Source: an uncultured Candidatus Rokubacteria bacterium (GTDB lineage Bacteria; Methylomirabilota; Methylomirabilia; Rokubacteriales; DASRDR01). From it: a stretch of DNA of 64,000 nucleotides. The DNA lies in contig CAWDVE010000010.1 in NCBI GenBank assembly GCA_963805625.1, forward strand, positions 704,001-768,000, written 5' to 3'. A program made the translations under genes and the position numbers. The notes below the pieces were generated by a model that saw only the letters and a list, made by a program, of their open reading frames with translations, was not told the origin of the DNA and ran no database searches. This document shows, piece after piece, positions 29,158-38,358 of the stretch (position 1 is the first letter of the stretch; each line of letters starts with the position of its first letter).

Positions 29158-29867
29158 CCGGCAGCCGGCTCCAGCGTCTCCACCAGACGGCCCTCCTGCA
29201 GGCGGAAGATGCGGTCAGCGAGCCCCACGACCTCGCGGCTGTGAGTCGCCATCACCAGCGTGCGCCCCGCCCGCCGGGTGAGGCGGTCGAGCAGATCGAG
29301 CACCTGCCGGCCCGTGTCGAGATCGAGGTTTCCCGTCGGCTCGTCGGCGAGCACGAGCAGCGGCTCGTGGACCAGCGCCCGCGCCACCGCCACCCGCTGC
29401 TGCTCGCCGCCGGAGAGTTGCTCGGGGAATGCCGGCCCCCGGTCGGCTAGCCCGACCTCGGCGAGAAGTGCGCCGGCCCGTGCTCGCGCGGCGTCACGCG
29501 GCCGCCCGTTCAGCTCGAGCGGAAGGCGGAGGTTCTCCTCCACCGTGAGCGTCGGAATCAGGTTGAAGAACTGGAAGACGAACCCCACGTGGTGCCGGCG
29601 AAACAACGTGCGCCTCGCCTCGGTCGCCCGTGCGAGCGGGAGCCCGTCGACCACGATCTCGCCGGCGGTCGGCACGTCGATCCCGCCGATCAGGTTGAGC
29701 AGCGTGGACTTGCCCGAGCCGCTCCGCCCGATCAGGACACACAGCTCTCCGCGACGGATCGTCGCGTCCACACCGCGAAGCACCACGCGTTCGGCGTCGC
29801 CCTCACGGTACGCCTTCGTGACGCTGCGCAGCTCGACGAGCGGGGTCTCGGTGGCCGGCGCCCTCAT
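29154..29867 (-). CDS. ABC transporter ATP-binding protein (LolD/AttE-like)
   Basis: GRSGSGKST, LSGGEQQRVAVARA, ADEPTGNLD, ATH. Confidence 0.93.
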   Translation of the reverse strand: MRAPATETPLVELRSVTKAYREGDAERVVLRGVDATIRRGELCVLIGRSGSGKSTLLNLIGGIDVPTAGEIVVDGLPLARATEARRTLFRRHHVGFVFQFFNLIPTLTVEENLRLPLELNGRPRDAARARAGALLAEVGLADRGPAFPEQLSGGEQQRVAVARALVHEPLLVLADEPTGNLDLDTGRQVLDLLDRLTRRAGRTLVMATHSREVVGLADRIFRLQEGRLVETLEPAAG

Positions 29868-30646
29868 CCGGCCGCGTCGAGCGCGCCGAAGTGGCAGAGC
29901 CGGATGTCGAGGCGCTCGACGGTCGCGCGCGCCTCGGGATCGCAGAGCGCCGCCAGCTCGACCTCGCGCTGGCGCCCGTAGCGACTGTAGGCGAGGGTCT
30001 CGTCGAAGACGCCCGGATGGCACATGAGCTCGGTGACACCGAGCGGCAGCGTGGCGAGCTGGTCCAGCAGGCGTTCGGTCGTCCAGTAGGGCTCGGCCTG
30101 CGCGTCGCCGACAAACGAGTCCGTCGTGGCGATGCCGTGGCGGCGAAGGCCGTCGCGGAAGCCCGCGTCCTGGCTGCGAAGCGGAACCCGCGCGGTCACG
30201 ACCACGTCCACGACGGCGTCCATCACGCGGGGCACCCGATGGGCGTGATGATGGCTGTCGAGGTGGGTGGGCCCCCGCCCGAAGCGGCGCGCAAACGCCT
30301 CGATCTGGGCCTCGCACTCGCGCCGCACCTCGTCCGGACGCGCCCGCTCCTGGAGCGCCGCCAGATCGCGCCCGAACCGCCCGTCCGCATCAACGAGGGA
30401 TGCGACCGTCTCCGCCGGTGACACGGGCCGCCCCCACGTCAGGTTGAAGTGGAGACCGAGCCCGAGACCGGGCGAGGCGGCAGCCGTGGCGTCCAGCTCC
30501 GGCTGGGCTGGCAGACTCGCCAGAACGGTCGTGCTGGTCACCAGGCCCTCGCGATGGGCGCGAAGGATGCCGCGGCTCACGCCGCCCGTCAGCCCGAAAT
30601 CGTCCGCGTTGACGATGAGCCGTCGCGCCGCCGGTCCCCCGCTCAT
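29864..30646 (-). CDS. YdjC/ChbG/HpnK family carbohydrate deacetylase
   Basis: LIVNADDFG, GLHFNL, HLDSHHH, ELMCHPG. Confidence 0.92.
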   Translation of the reverse strand: MSGGPAARRLIVNADDFGLTGGVSRGILRAHREGLVTSTTVLASLPAQPELDATAAASPGLGLGLHFNLTWGRPVSPAETVASLVDADGRFGRDLAALQERARPDEVRRECEAQIEAFARRFGRGPTHLDSHHHAHRVPRVMDAVVDVVVTARVPLRSQDAGFRDGLRRHGIATTDSFVGDAQAEPYWTTERLLDQLATLPLGVTELMCHPGVFDETLAYSRYGRQREVELAALCDPEARATVERLDIRLCHFGALDAAG

Positions 30647-30672
30647 CGCACCAGATCCTCCTCTACTGAAAC

Positions 30673-30984
30673 CTACTGACCGAGGGTGCGCCGGACGTAC
30701 TGGCGCACCTCCTCCGTCAGGAGCGCCTGTCGCCCGCTGTCCGTCCCCGCGTCCTCGAGCAGCTCGAGGTCGAGCACGAGCGGAGTCGGCGCCTTCTTCC
30801 CCGCGTCCAGCTCGACCGTGAACACGCACTGCTCGTCGGACTCGGTGAACACGGCCTTCGCGCGCGTGAAGGAGCTGTCCTCGAGCGCGACCGTCTCCAG
30901 TGCGTGCCGCAGCACCCGGAGGATGCCCTCCTGGGCATCACCGGGCACGGTGCCGAACGCGCTCATCATCCGGATGTCCGCCAT
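30673..30984 (-). CDS. Hypothetical protein (103 aa)
   Basis: GGAGG SD, then MADIRMMSAFG...; fills the gap within the operon. Confidence 0.7.
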   Translation of the reverse strand: MADIRMMSAFGTVPGDAQEGILRVLRHALETVALEDSSFTRAKAVFTESDEQCVFTVELDAGKKAPTPLVLDLELLEDAGTDSGRQALLTEEVRQYVRRTLGQ

Positions 30985-31000
30985 CCCGGGCCTCCTCCGA

Positions 31001-32716
31001 TCAAAATCCCATGGCCGTCGCGGGACGCAGGTGGTCGACGCCGGCGGCAAGCCCCCGGTGCGTGACCTCGATGACTTGCGGCCGGGCGAAGTAGAAGCTC
31101 GAGTACGTCTCGGTGAGTGGCACGATCCGGTGCCCGCGCCGCCGGAGCTCGGAGACGGTCGCCGCCCCCATCCGGTCGTCCACCTGGACCGGGCCGCCCT
31201 CGGTGTGGAGCCGAGGCGCCTCGACGGCCGCCTGCGGGCCCAGCCCGAAGTCTATCAGGTTCGAGAGCACCTGGGGAACCGCCGACACGATCTTCCGGCC
31301 GCCCGGCGCGCCCACGGCCAGGTACGGCGCGCCGTCACGGAGCGCGAGGAAGGGCGTCATGTTCACCAGGGCGCGCTTACCGGGCTCGATGGAGTTCGGC
31401 CGCCCGGGCTCCGGATCGAACCAGATCATCCCGTTCGAGAGAAGGAGCCCCGTTTCTGGCACGACGACCTTGGAGCCGAAGAGGCTGACCGCGGTGTGTG
31501 TGAGCGACACCAGCATCCGGTCGCGATCGACCGCGCAGACCTGCGTCGTGCACTCGCCGGTCGAGCCGGCCGTCGGGGCCCGGGCCGGCTTCGCCCGGCC
31601 GCGCTCGAAGCGCCACGGATCGACTCGCCGCCGCGCGTGGCGCCGGCCGTCGTGGCGGATCCCGGCGGCCACCGCACGGGCATAGGCCTTTCCCCCGAGC
31701 GCGGCCCACGGCGCCCGGATCCGAGCCGGATCCCCAAGCCAGCGGAGGCGATCCTCGAACGAGACCCGGATCGCCTCCGCGCGGAGATGTGCCGCGCGCG
31801 CGCTCGTCGGCCCTCCTGACCCGCCGGACCCGGCCTCGAAGCACTCGAGGACGTTCAGCATCTCGAGCGCGGTCACGCCGCCCGTGGCGCCCGGCATCCC
31901 GAGGAGCGTCACGCCGCGGTACTCACCCGCGAGAGGCTTGGTCACCCTGACGCGATATCGCGCCAGGTCCGCGCGATCCAGGATGCCCTCGCCGCGCCGG
32001 ACCTCCGCCTCGATGGCCTGCGCGAGCTGCCCACGGTAGAAGACGCTCGGGCCCTCCTTCCCGATGAGCTCGAGGCTACGGGCGAGCGCCGGATACCGGA
32101 CACGGTCCCCGCCCCCGAGGTTCTCCGGCCGCGGCGGCCACCGGCCCCCGCGAAGATAGGTCCTCGCGGCCTCGGGAAACCGCGCGAGATCCTCCGCGTA
32201 CATCGCGGTGACGCCCGCGAGATACCAGTCGACCGGCACTCCGAGGCGCGCGAGCCGCGCCGCCGGCGCCACCGCATCGCGCAGATCCAGTGTCCCCCAC
32301 CGCTCGAGCGCGAGGGCCAGGCCGGCCACCGATCCCGGCACCGCGACGGCGAGATGGCCGTGCACGTTCGCGTCGCCTTCCACCGCCCGCCACGGGAAGA
32401 GATCGCCGCTTCGCCCGTGCCCGAGCCGGTACATCCGGGCATGCGCCCGCTGCGGAGCCTCCACGTTGAAGTCGAGGGCCACCGAGGCGCCCGTGCGCGG
32501 GCGGTGGATCAGCATCGAGCCGCCGCCCGCGAGGCAGGACATGAACGGCTCCACGACGGCCATCGCGAACGCGGTGCCGACGGCGGCGTCCACGGCGTTC
32601 CCTCCGCGACGGAGGATCTCCGCACCCACACGAGCGCCGAGAGGATGGCCCGCCGTCACGCAGGCGTGCGGCACCGCGAGCTGGCTCTTCGTGACGGTGA
32701 GACGCGAGGCCTTCAC
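31001..32716 (-). CDS. ggt: Gamma-glutamyltransferase family protein
   Basis: GGNAVDAAV, AVPGSVAG, autocleavage Thr in ECTTQVCAVD, GAPGGRKI, APRLH. Confidence 0.9.
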   Translation of the reverse strand: MKASRLTVTKSQLAVPHACVTAGHPLGARVGAEILRRGGNAVDAAVGTAFAMAVVEPFMSCLAGGGSMLIHRPRTGASVALDFNVEAPQRAHARMYRLGHGRSGDLFPWRAVEGDANVHGHLAVAVPGSVAGLALALERWGTLDLRDAVAPAARLARLGVPVDWYLAGVTAMYAEDLARFPEAARTYLRGGRWPPRPENLGGGDRVRYPALARSLELIGKEGPSVFYRGQLAQAIEAEVRRGEGILDRADLARYRVRVTKPLAGEYRGVTLLGMPGATGGVTALEMLNVLECFEAGSGGSGGPTSARAAHLRAEAIRVSFEDRLRWLGDPARIRAPWAALGGKAYARAVAAGIRHDGRRHARRRVDPWRFERGRAKPARAPTAGSTGECTTQVCAVDRDRMLVSLTHTAVSLFGSKVVVPETGLLLSNGMIWFDPEPGRPNSIEPGKRALVNMTPFLALRDGAPYLAVGAPGGRKIVSAVPQVLSNLIDFGLGPQAAVEAPRLHTEGGPVQVDDRMGAATVSELRRRGHRIVPLTETYSSFYFARPQVIEVTHRGLAAGVDHLRPATAMGF

Positions 32717-32776
32717 GGCGCGCTCATTCTCCCACGGCCCCCGCACCGCTGCCAGCGCGGGGCCGGCGCCGCCCGC

Positions 32777-33328
32777 TCAGAACCGGACCTGGGGGACCGA
32801 GCGCTCGGCGTGGTCCTCGAGCTCGAAGAACTCGCGGCGCGTGAAGCCGAAGGCACCGGCCAGGAGATTCGTCGGCACGCTCTCGACGCGCGTGTTGAGA
32901 TCGCGGACGGCGGCGTTGTAGCCCTGCCGCGCCCCGGCGAGCATCCCTTCCGTGTCGGCAAGAGCCTGCTGGAGGGACAGAAAGTTCTGGTTGGCCTTGA
33001 GGTCCGGATAGCTCTCCGCGACCGCGTAGAGTCCGCGGAGGGCCTGGGTCAGGAGCCCCTCGGACTGCGCCACCTGCCCGGGCGTCGTGGCTCCCATGGC
33101 CCGGCTCCTGAGCTCCGTCACCTTCTCGAGGACGCCCTTCTCGTGACCGGCATACCCCTTCACGGTCTCGACGAGATTCGGAATGAGGTCGTGCCGGCGC
33201 TTGAGCTGCGTCGAGATGCCGGACCACGCCTCGTCCACCCGTACGCGTGCCCGGACCAGGCTGTTGTAGAGCCCGACAACCACCAGTGCGAGGACCGCGG
33301 CGATCCCCAGGACGACGAGTCCCGTCAT
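32777..33328 (-). CDS. lemA: LemA family membrane protein
   Basis: YNSLV, QLKRRHDLIPNLVETVKGY, AESYPDLKANQNF. Confidence 0.95.
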   Translation of the reverse strand: MTGLVVLGIAAVLALVVVGLYNSLVRARVRVDEAWSGISTQLKRRHDLIPNLVETVKGYAGHEKGVLEKVTELRSRAMGATTPGQVAQSEGLLTQALRGLYAVAESYPDLKANQNFLSLQQALADTEGMLAGARQGYNAAVRDLNTRVESVPTNLLAGAFGFTRREFFELEDHAERSVPQVRF

Positions 33329-33484
33329 TCCGATTCCCCTTCGGGCCCGGCCCGTCCCGCGCGGGTGACCGCGGCAAGGCCGTTCTCGACCCACTCCGTC
33401 CGATGGTAGCCGAAGCGCGCGAGCGCCGGAAGCGCCGATTCTGCTACCATGAAGGTCAAGACCGGCGCGCAACGCGGGATTCCC

Positions 33485-34861
33485 ATGCGTCAACGTGTAC
33501 TGATCGTCGAGGACGATGCCCCCGCTCGGAAGGGCATGGCCGACCTGCTCTCCCTTTGGGGATATGAGGTCGCCACCGCCGGCGACGGGGCCGAAGCCCT
33601 CGAGCGGGTGTCGGAGGAGTCGCCCGCGGTCGTGGTGAGCGACCTCGTGATGCCGGGCATGGACGGTCTCGGCCTCCTGTCCGCTTTGCGGGTCGATCAC
33701 CCCGACGTCGCCGTCATCATGCTCACGGGCCAGGGCTCGATCGAGAGCGCTGTCCAGGCGATGAAGGAAGGCGCCTACGACTACCTCACCAAGCCGCTCG
33801 ACCCGGCCCGCCTCCAGGTTCTCCTGGAGAGGGCGCTCGACCGAGCCGAGAGCGCCCGCGAGGTCCATCGGCTCCGGCGGGAGCTCCGCAATCGCGGCGC
33901 CTTCGGCCGTCTGGTCGCAGGCACGCCAGCGATGCAGGAAGTCGCCCGCCAGATCGAGCAGGTCGCACCGACCGACGCGACGGTCCTCGTGCTCGGTGAG
34001 AGCGGGACGGGAAAGGAGCTGGTGGCGCGCACGATTCACGACCACTCCAGACGCCGCCGCGGGCCGTTCGTCGCCGTGAACTGCGCGGCGATCCTGGAGA
34101 CCTTGCTCGAGAGCGAGATCTTCGGGCACGAGAAGGGCTCGTTCACCGGCGCCACCGGACGCCGACCCGGCTGCTTCGAGCTCGCCGATGGCGGGACGCT
34201 CTTCCTCGACGAGATCGCGGAGATGAGCCCGGCCACCCAGGTGAAGTTCCTTCGGGTTCTCCAGGACGGACGGTTCCGGCGGGTCGGGGGCCAAGCGGAG
34301 ATCACGGTGGACGTCCGGGTGATCGCGGCCACCAACAAGAGCCCGGTGAAGGCGCTCCAGGACGGCGCGCTCCGCGAGGATCTCTACTATCGCATCGCGG
34401 TCTTCACGCTCACGCTGCCCCCGCTCCGCGAGCGCCCCGAGGATCTCGGGGAGCTGGTCCGCGTTCTCCTCGAGGAGCTCAACGAGCGCCACGGGCGGGC
34501 CGTGCGGGGCGTTGACGAGGCGACCCTCGCGGTCCTTCGCCGCTATACGTGGCCGGGAAACGTGCGCGAGCTCCGGAACGTCCTGGAGCGCGCCCTCATC
34601 GTCTGCCCGGGCGACCTGATCGGCCTTGCCCACCTGCCTTCGCCCCCGTCGGCGACGACGTCCCCGGTCGAGCCGGTGACGGACCAGGAGGCCAGCGATG
34701 TCCGTCTCAGCGTCGGCACGACCGTGGACGAGGCCGAGCGACGTCTCATCCTCCGCACGCTCGCGTACACGGGCAACAATAAAACCCGCGCGGCCGAGAT
34801 CCTCGGCATCAGCCTCAAGACACTCCACAACAAGCTGAACCGCTACAACCGGCCGCCGTGA
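33485..34861 (+). CDS. Sigma54-dependent response regulator (NtrC family)
   Basis: Receiver domain, [31 protein letters not shown], Fis-type HTH. Confidence 0.95.
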   Translation: MRQRVLIVEDDAPARKGMADLLSLWGYEVATAGDGAEALERVSEESPAVVVSDLVMPGMDGLGLLSALRVDHPDVAVIMLTGQGSIESAVQAMKEGAYDYLTKPLDPARLQVLLERALDRAESAREVHRLRRELRNRGAFGRLVAGTPAMQEVARQIEQVAPTDATVLVLGESGTGKELVARTIHDHSRRRRGPFVAVNCAAILETLLESEIFGHEKGSFTGATGRRPGCFELADGGTLFLDEIAEMSPATQVKFLRVLQDGRFRRVGGQAEITVDVRVIAATNKSPVKALQDGALREDLYYRIAVFTLTLPPLRERPEDLGELVRVLLEELNERHGRAVRGVDEATLAVLRRYTWPGNVRELRNVLERALIVCPGDLIGLAHLPSPPSATTSPVEPVTDQEASDVRLSVGTTVDEAERRLILRTLAYTGNNKTRAAEILGISLKTLHNKLNRYNRPP

Positions 34862-34898
34862 CGCCGAAACCCGCCCGTCCACGCAGGCTGTCCGCCTC

Positions 34899-36701
34899 AT
34901 GGCTCTGAGCGCCCGGGCGCGCGAGCTGCTCGGCCTCACCCTCGTCGTCCTCCTCGTGGTCGCCGTCGCGACCGCCGCGCACCTTGCCACGCTCGCGCGG
35001 CTCACGCTCGGGAGCGCGGCGGACGAGGGGCGGCTCCTCTCCCGCCAGCTCCTCCACCAGGCCGCCTACGTCCTGCAGGCCGCGGGTGCCGCGGGTCCCG
35101 TTGCCTTCCGCGAGGATCCGAGCCTCCGGGCGCTCCTCGACGGGCTCGTGGGCTATTCGCGCGTCGTCGTCTACGGCGCGATCGTCGACGCGAACGGGCG
35201 CACCCTCCTGCACAGCGATGCGACCCTCCAGGGACAGACGCTCCCGGAACGCCCGCTCCTCGACGACGTGCTCACGGCGGGACTCCCGCAGCTTGCGCGG
35301 ATGCTGCTGGGCCCTCCGCAGATCTACGAGGTCCGGCTCCCCGTCCGCATCGGGGACCAGCCCTTCGGCACCGTGCAGGTGGGCGTGTCGACGAGCCTCG
35401 TCAGGCAGACCCTTCGCGACGCCCTCCTGCGAAGCGTGGCGTTCGGCGCGGGCGCCCTCGCCTTCGCGATCGCGCTCGGCCTCGGTACCGGGCGCGTGCT
35501 CCTCGGCTACCTCCGGCGAATCGCGCGCCAGGTCGAGCGCCTCGCCCGTGGCGACGCCGCCGTCGAGTTCGGACCCGGCGACGATATGGGGCGTCTCGCC
35601 GCGCGGATGCAGGGCCTCGGCGAGCGCATCCAAGCCACCACCGGAGGCGCAAGTGACCCGGGTCCAGCCGGAGCGGAGCGGCTCCAGAACGCCGTCATGC
35701 TCCTCGGCCCCGACGGCGCCGTGGCGTTCGCCAACGCCACCGCCGAGCGGCTGCTCGGCCGGACGCTCGCTGGCCGCTCGCTCGCTGATGTCCTCTCCCC
35801 CGGACACCCCCTTGCAACCCTGGCCGCCACCGTTCTCAACGGCAGTGTCGCGCCGCTCCACGACACAGTCACCCTCCCGGGAAGCACGGGAGAGCCGCAC
35901 GAGTGGGCGGTCTCGGGATATCCTCTCCGCACGGACGCCCAGCCCCGAGGTGGCCTGCTCGTCTTGCGCGATCTCGAGCCCGCGCGGGCCGTCGAGTCCC
36001 TCCTGAGCTACTCCCAAAAGCTGGCGGCGCTGGGCCGCCTCACATCCGGTGTCACCCACGAGGTCAAGAACCCGCTCAACGCCATGCGCATTCACCTCGA
36101 GCTCCTGCGCGCACGGCTCGCTCAGGCCGGACGGCCGCCGCCGCCCGAGATCGCCGAGAACATCGACGTCATCGCGCACGAGATCCAGCGGCTGGACCGC
36201 GTGGTGCAGGGCTTCCTCCGGTTCGTCCGGCCGCAGGATCTCCGCCTCGCGCCCGTCGACGTCAATGCGGTCCTGTCGAACGTGGCGCGGGTCGCGCGGC
36301 CCGAGGCCGCGAGGGCCGGTGTCGAGATCGTCCTCGAGCCCGGACGGGACCTGCCCCGCGTCACGGCGGACTCGGGGCTCATCGCCCAGGCCAGCGCCAA
36401 TCTCGTGAGCAACGCCATCCAGGCGATGCCGGGCGGCGGCACGCTGGTCGTCGCGAGCCGGCGCGCCGCGCCCGACGGGGTGGAGATCCGCGTGGCCGAC
36501 CAGGGGATGGGCATCGCGCCCGAGAACCTCGAGAAGATCTTCCGCCTCTACTACACGACGAAGGCGGGCGGATCGGGCATCGGTCTCGCCATGGTATACC
36601 GCATCGTGCAGATGCACGACGGCCGGGTCGACGTGGAGTCGACGGTGGGCAAGGGCACCACCGTGATGCTCACGCTCCCCGCGGCCCCGGACGCACGATG
36701 A
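34899..36701 (+). CDS. Membrane sensor histidine kinase with HAMP and PAS-like domains
   Basis: Two TM segments, THEVKNPL, NLVSNAIQA, DQGMGI, GSGIGL. Confidence 0.93.
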   Translation: MALSARARELLGLTLVVLLVVAVATAAHLATLARLTLGSAADEGRLLSRQLLHQAAYVLQAAGAAGPVAFREDPSLRALLDGLVGYSRVVVYGAIVDANGRTLLHSDATLQGQTLPERPLLDDVLTAGLPQLARMLLGPPQIYEVRLPVRIGDQPFGTVQVGVSTSLVRQTLRDALLRSVAFGAGALAFAIALGLGTGRVLLGYLRRIARQVERLARGDAAVEFGPGDDMGRLAARMQGLGERIQATTGGASDPGPAGAERLQNAVMLLGPDGAVAFANATAERLLGRTLAGRSLADVLSPGHPLATLAATVLNGSVAPLHDTVTLPGSTGEPHEWAVSGYPLRTDAQPRGGLLVLRDLEPARAVESLLSYSQKLAALGRLTSGVTHEVKNPLNAMRIHLELLRARLAQAGRPPPPEIAENIDVIAHEIQRLDRVVQGFLRFVRPQDLRLAPVDVNAVLSNVARVARPEAARAGVEIVLEPGRDLPRVTADSGLIAQASANLVSNAIQAMPGGGTLVVASRRAAPDGVEIRVADQGMGIAPENLEKIFRLYYTTKAGGSGIGLAMVYRIVQMHDGRVDVESTVGKGTTVMLTLPAAPDAR

Positions 36702-37324
36702 AGGTCCTGGCGCTCGCGACGCTGATCCTGGCCCTGTCTGGATGCAGGGCGCTCGGCCCGGATGTCCCGCCATGGGCGCGGCCCGTCCCCGGAGCGACCA
36801 GCCCCGCGGCGTCGGTCTCCTTCGAGGATGCGGCAAGCGAGGATGCGGCAAGCATCACGCCCGCGTCGCCGCCCATTCCCGCGCCCCCCGATCTCTCGGC
36901 TCCCGCCGCGCTGCCTCCTCCGGTCGCCCCACCGGCCCCCACCGCGCCCACGCCCCCCGCTCCGTCCCGCGCGGTCTCCCATCCGCCCGCACCACACGCA
37001 TCCCCGCCGGCCCCGGCTCCTGCGCCGCCCCCCGCTCCCCTGCCGCCTCCGGCCGCGCCCAGCCCGCCGCTGACTGCGAGCTTGCCTCCCACCGAGGTGC
37101 GTCGGCTCCAGGACGAGGCTCAACGGGGAATCGAGGACACGGAGCGCCTCCTGCGCCAGCTCGACGGCCGACCGCTGGCCGCGAAGGACCTGGAGACGCT
37201 TCGACTCGCCCAGGGCTTGGTCGAGCAGGCTAGGAGGGCTCTCGGCGGGCAGGAATACGAGCGGGCGGCGAACCTGGCGACGAAGGCTCGCACCCTCGCG
37301 GACGACCTGAGCACACGCCGCTAA
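36698..37324 (+). CDS. Pro-rich lipoprotein with a C-terminal helical domain
   Basis: ATGA overlap with the kinase; MKVLALATLILALSGC lipobox; poly-Pro linker; AANLATKARTLADDL. Confidence 0.82.
   Translation: MKVLALATLILALSGCRALGPDVPPWARPVPGATSPAASVSFEDAASEDAASITPASPPIPAPPDLSAPAALPPPVAPPAPTAPTPPAPSRAVSHPPAPHASPPAPAPAPPPAPLPPPAAPSPPLTASLPPTEVRRLQDEAQRGIEDTERLLRQLDGRPLAAKDLETLRLAQGLVEQARRALGGQEYERAANLATKARTLADDLSTRR
36824..36853 (+). repeat. 15-bp tandem duplication (encodes EDAAS twice)
   Basis: gaggatgcggcaagc occurs twice in tandem. Confidence 0.85.
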
Positions 37325-37333
37325 ACCCGCCGT

Positions 37334-37390
37334 CCGGCAAGGTAACTTTTTACATCTTGCCGGCGAGACCTCCGTGGTAACTCTTACATC
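37334..37390. promoter_or_regulatory. Putative enhancer-binding-protein sites
   Basis: ggtaactttttacatc (37341-37356) and ggtaactcttacatc (37376-37390) are near-identical GTAA..TTAC dyads about 115-160 bp upstream of the sigma54 promoter. Confidence 0.6.
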
Positions 37391-37502
37391 GCGTCAGGGC
37401 TGCGCACGCCCAGACGGGACGGGCAGGATCCACTCGGTGGTGGCCCAGCCGCCCGAGAAATCAGGCTGAGCGCGTCCCGGGCAGGCCACAGCGGGAGATG
37501 CC

Positions 37503-37517
37503 CGGCACGCCCCTTGC
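37503..37517 (+). promoter_or_regulatory. Sigma54 -24/-12 promoter of the OmpA gene
   Basis: cGGCAC-gcccc-TTGC matches TGGCAC-N5-TTGC. Confidence 0.7.
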
Positions 37518-37581
37518 GTGGGCGATCGACGGACTGATCCGTCACCTAGCGGGGACTGTCCCGCACAGAGGAGGAAGTCGC

Positions 37582-38334
37582 ATGCGGATACGCTCGTTGG
37601 CCATCCTGGTGGCCTCCCTGTCCCTCATGACCGTCGGTTGCGCAACCAAGAAGTTCGTCCGCGAGGAAGTCAGCAAGAGCGAGGCGAAGCTTGGCGCGGA
37701 CGTGGGCCGCGTCGAGGGCTCTCTGACCGAGGAGAAGGCGCGGACGACCGCGCTCACCGACGAGCTGGGCCAGACGAAGGTCGCGGTCCAGCAGGCCGAC
37801 ACCCGCGCTGGTGAAGCCGCCAATCTCGCCCGGACGGCCCAGGGCCGCGCCGACGAGGGGGTGACCAAGGCGACTCAGGCTCAGACCCGCGCCGACGAGG
37901 CTCACGCCGCCGCTGGCCAGGCGATGGCCAAGGCGGACGAGACCAGCTCTCGTCTGACCCGGCTCTGGACCAACCGCAACAAGCGCGTCCCGGGCGACAC
38001 GGTCGCGATCCTCTTCCGCTTCGACAAGTGGGAGCTGGACGACCGCGGCCAGACCGCGCTGCTCGACGTCGCCAAGCAGCTCCAGGACAATCCGAACCTC
38101 GTGGTCGAGCTCGAAGGCTTCACGGACAGCGTCGGTGCCATGCCGTACAACGTCCAGCTGAGCCAGCGGCGCTCGGAGGCGGTGCGTCGCTTCCTGGTGG
38201 AGAAGGGCATCGAGATGCACCGGATCCACTCGATCGGCCTCGGTGACATCAAGCCGTCCGCCGACAACGGAACCGCCAAGGGACGCGAGCAGAACCGCCG
38301 GGTGATGGTGCGGTTCTTCGCGCCGGCCGAATAG
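37582..38334 (+). CDS. OmpA-family lipoprotein with an Ala-rich coiled coil
   Basis: Lipobox TVGC; FRFDKWEL, EGFTDSVG, NVQLSQRRSEAV, NRRV; GAGGAGG SD. Confidence 0.93.
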   Translation: MRIRSLAILVASLSLMTVGCATKKFVREEVSKSEAKLGADVGRVEGSLTEEKARTTALTDELGQTKVAVQQADTRAGEAANLARTAQGRADEGVTKATQAQTRADEAHAAAGQAMAKADETSSRLTRLWTNRNKRVPGDTVAILFRFDKWELDDRGQTALLDVAKQLQDNPNLVVELEGFTDSVGAMPYNVQLSQRRSEAVRRFLVEKGIEMHRIHSIGLGDIKPSADNGTAKGREQNRRVMVRFFAPAE

Positions 38335-38358
38335 AGCAGCAGTAGCGCGAATCCGGGC

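Noticed and set aside
32777-35005. 742-aa LemA 'fusion' in the ORF track
   Set aside because: The N-terminal part is antisense to the NtrC gene; LemA starts at ATG 33328.
36860-37070. C-rich low-complexity stretch as a repeat element
   Set aside because: Explained by Pro/Ala codons in the lipoprotein linker.
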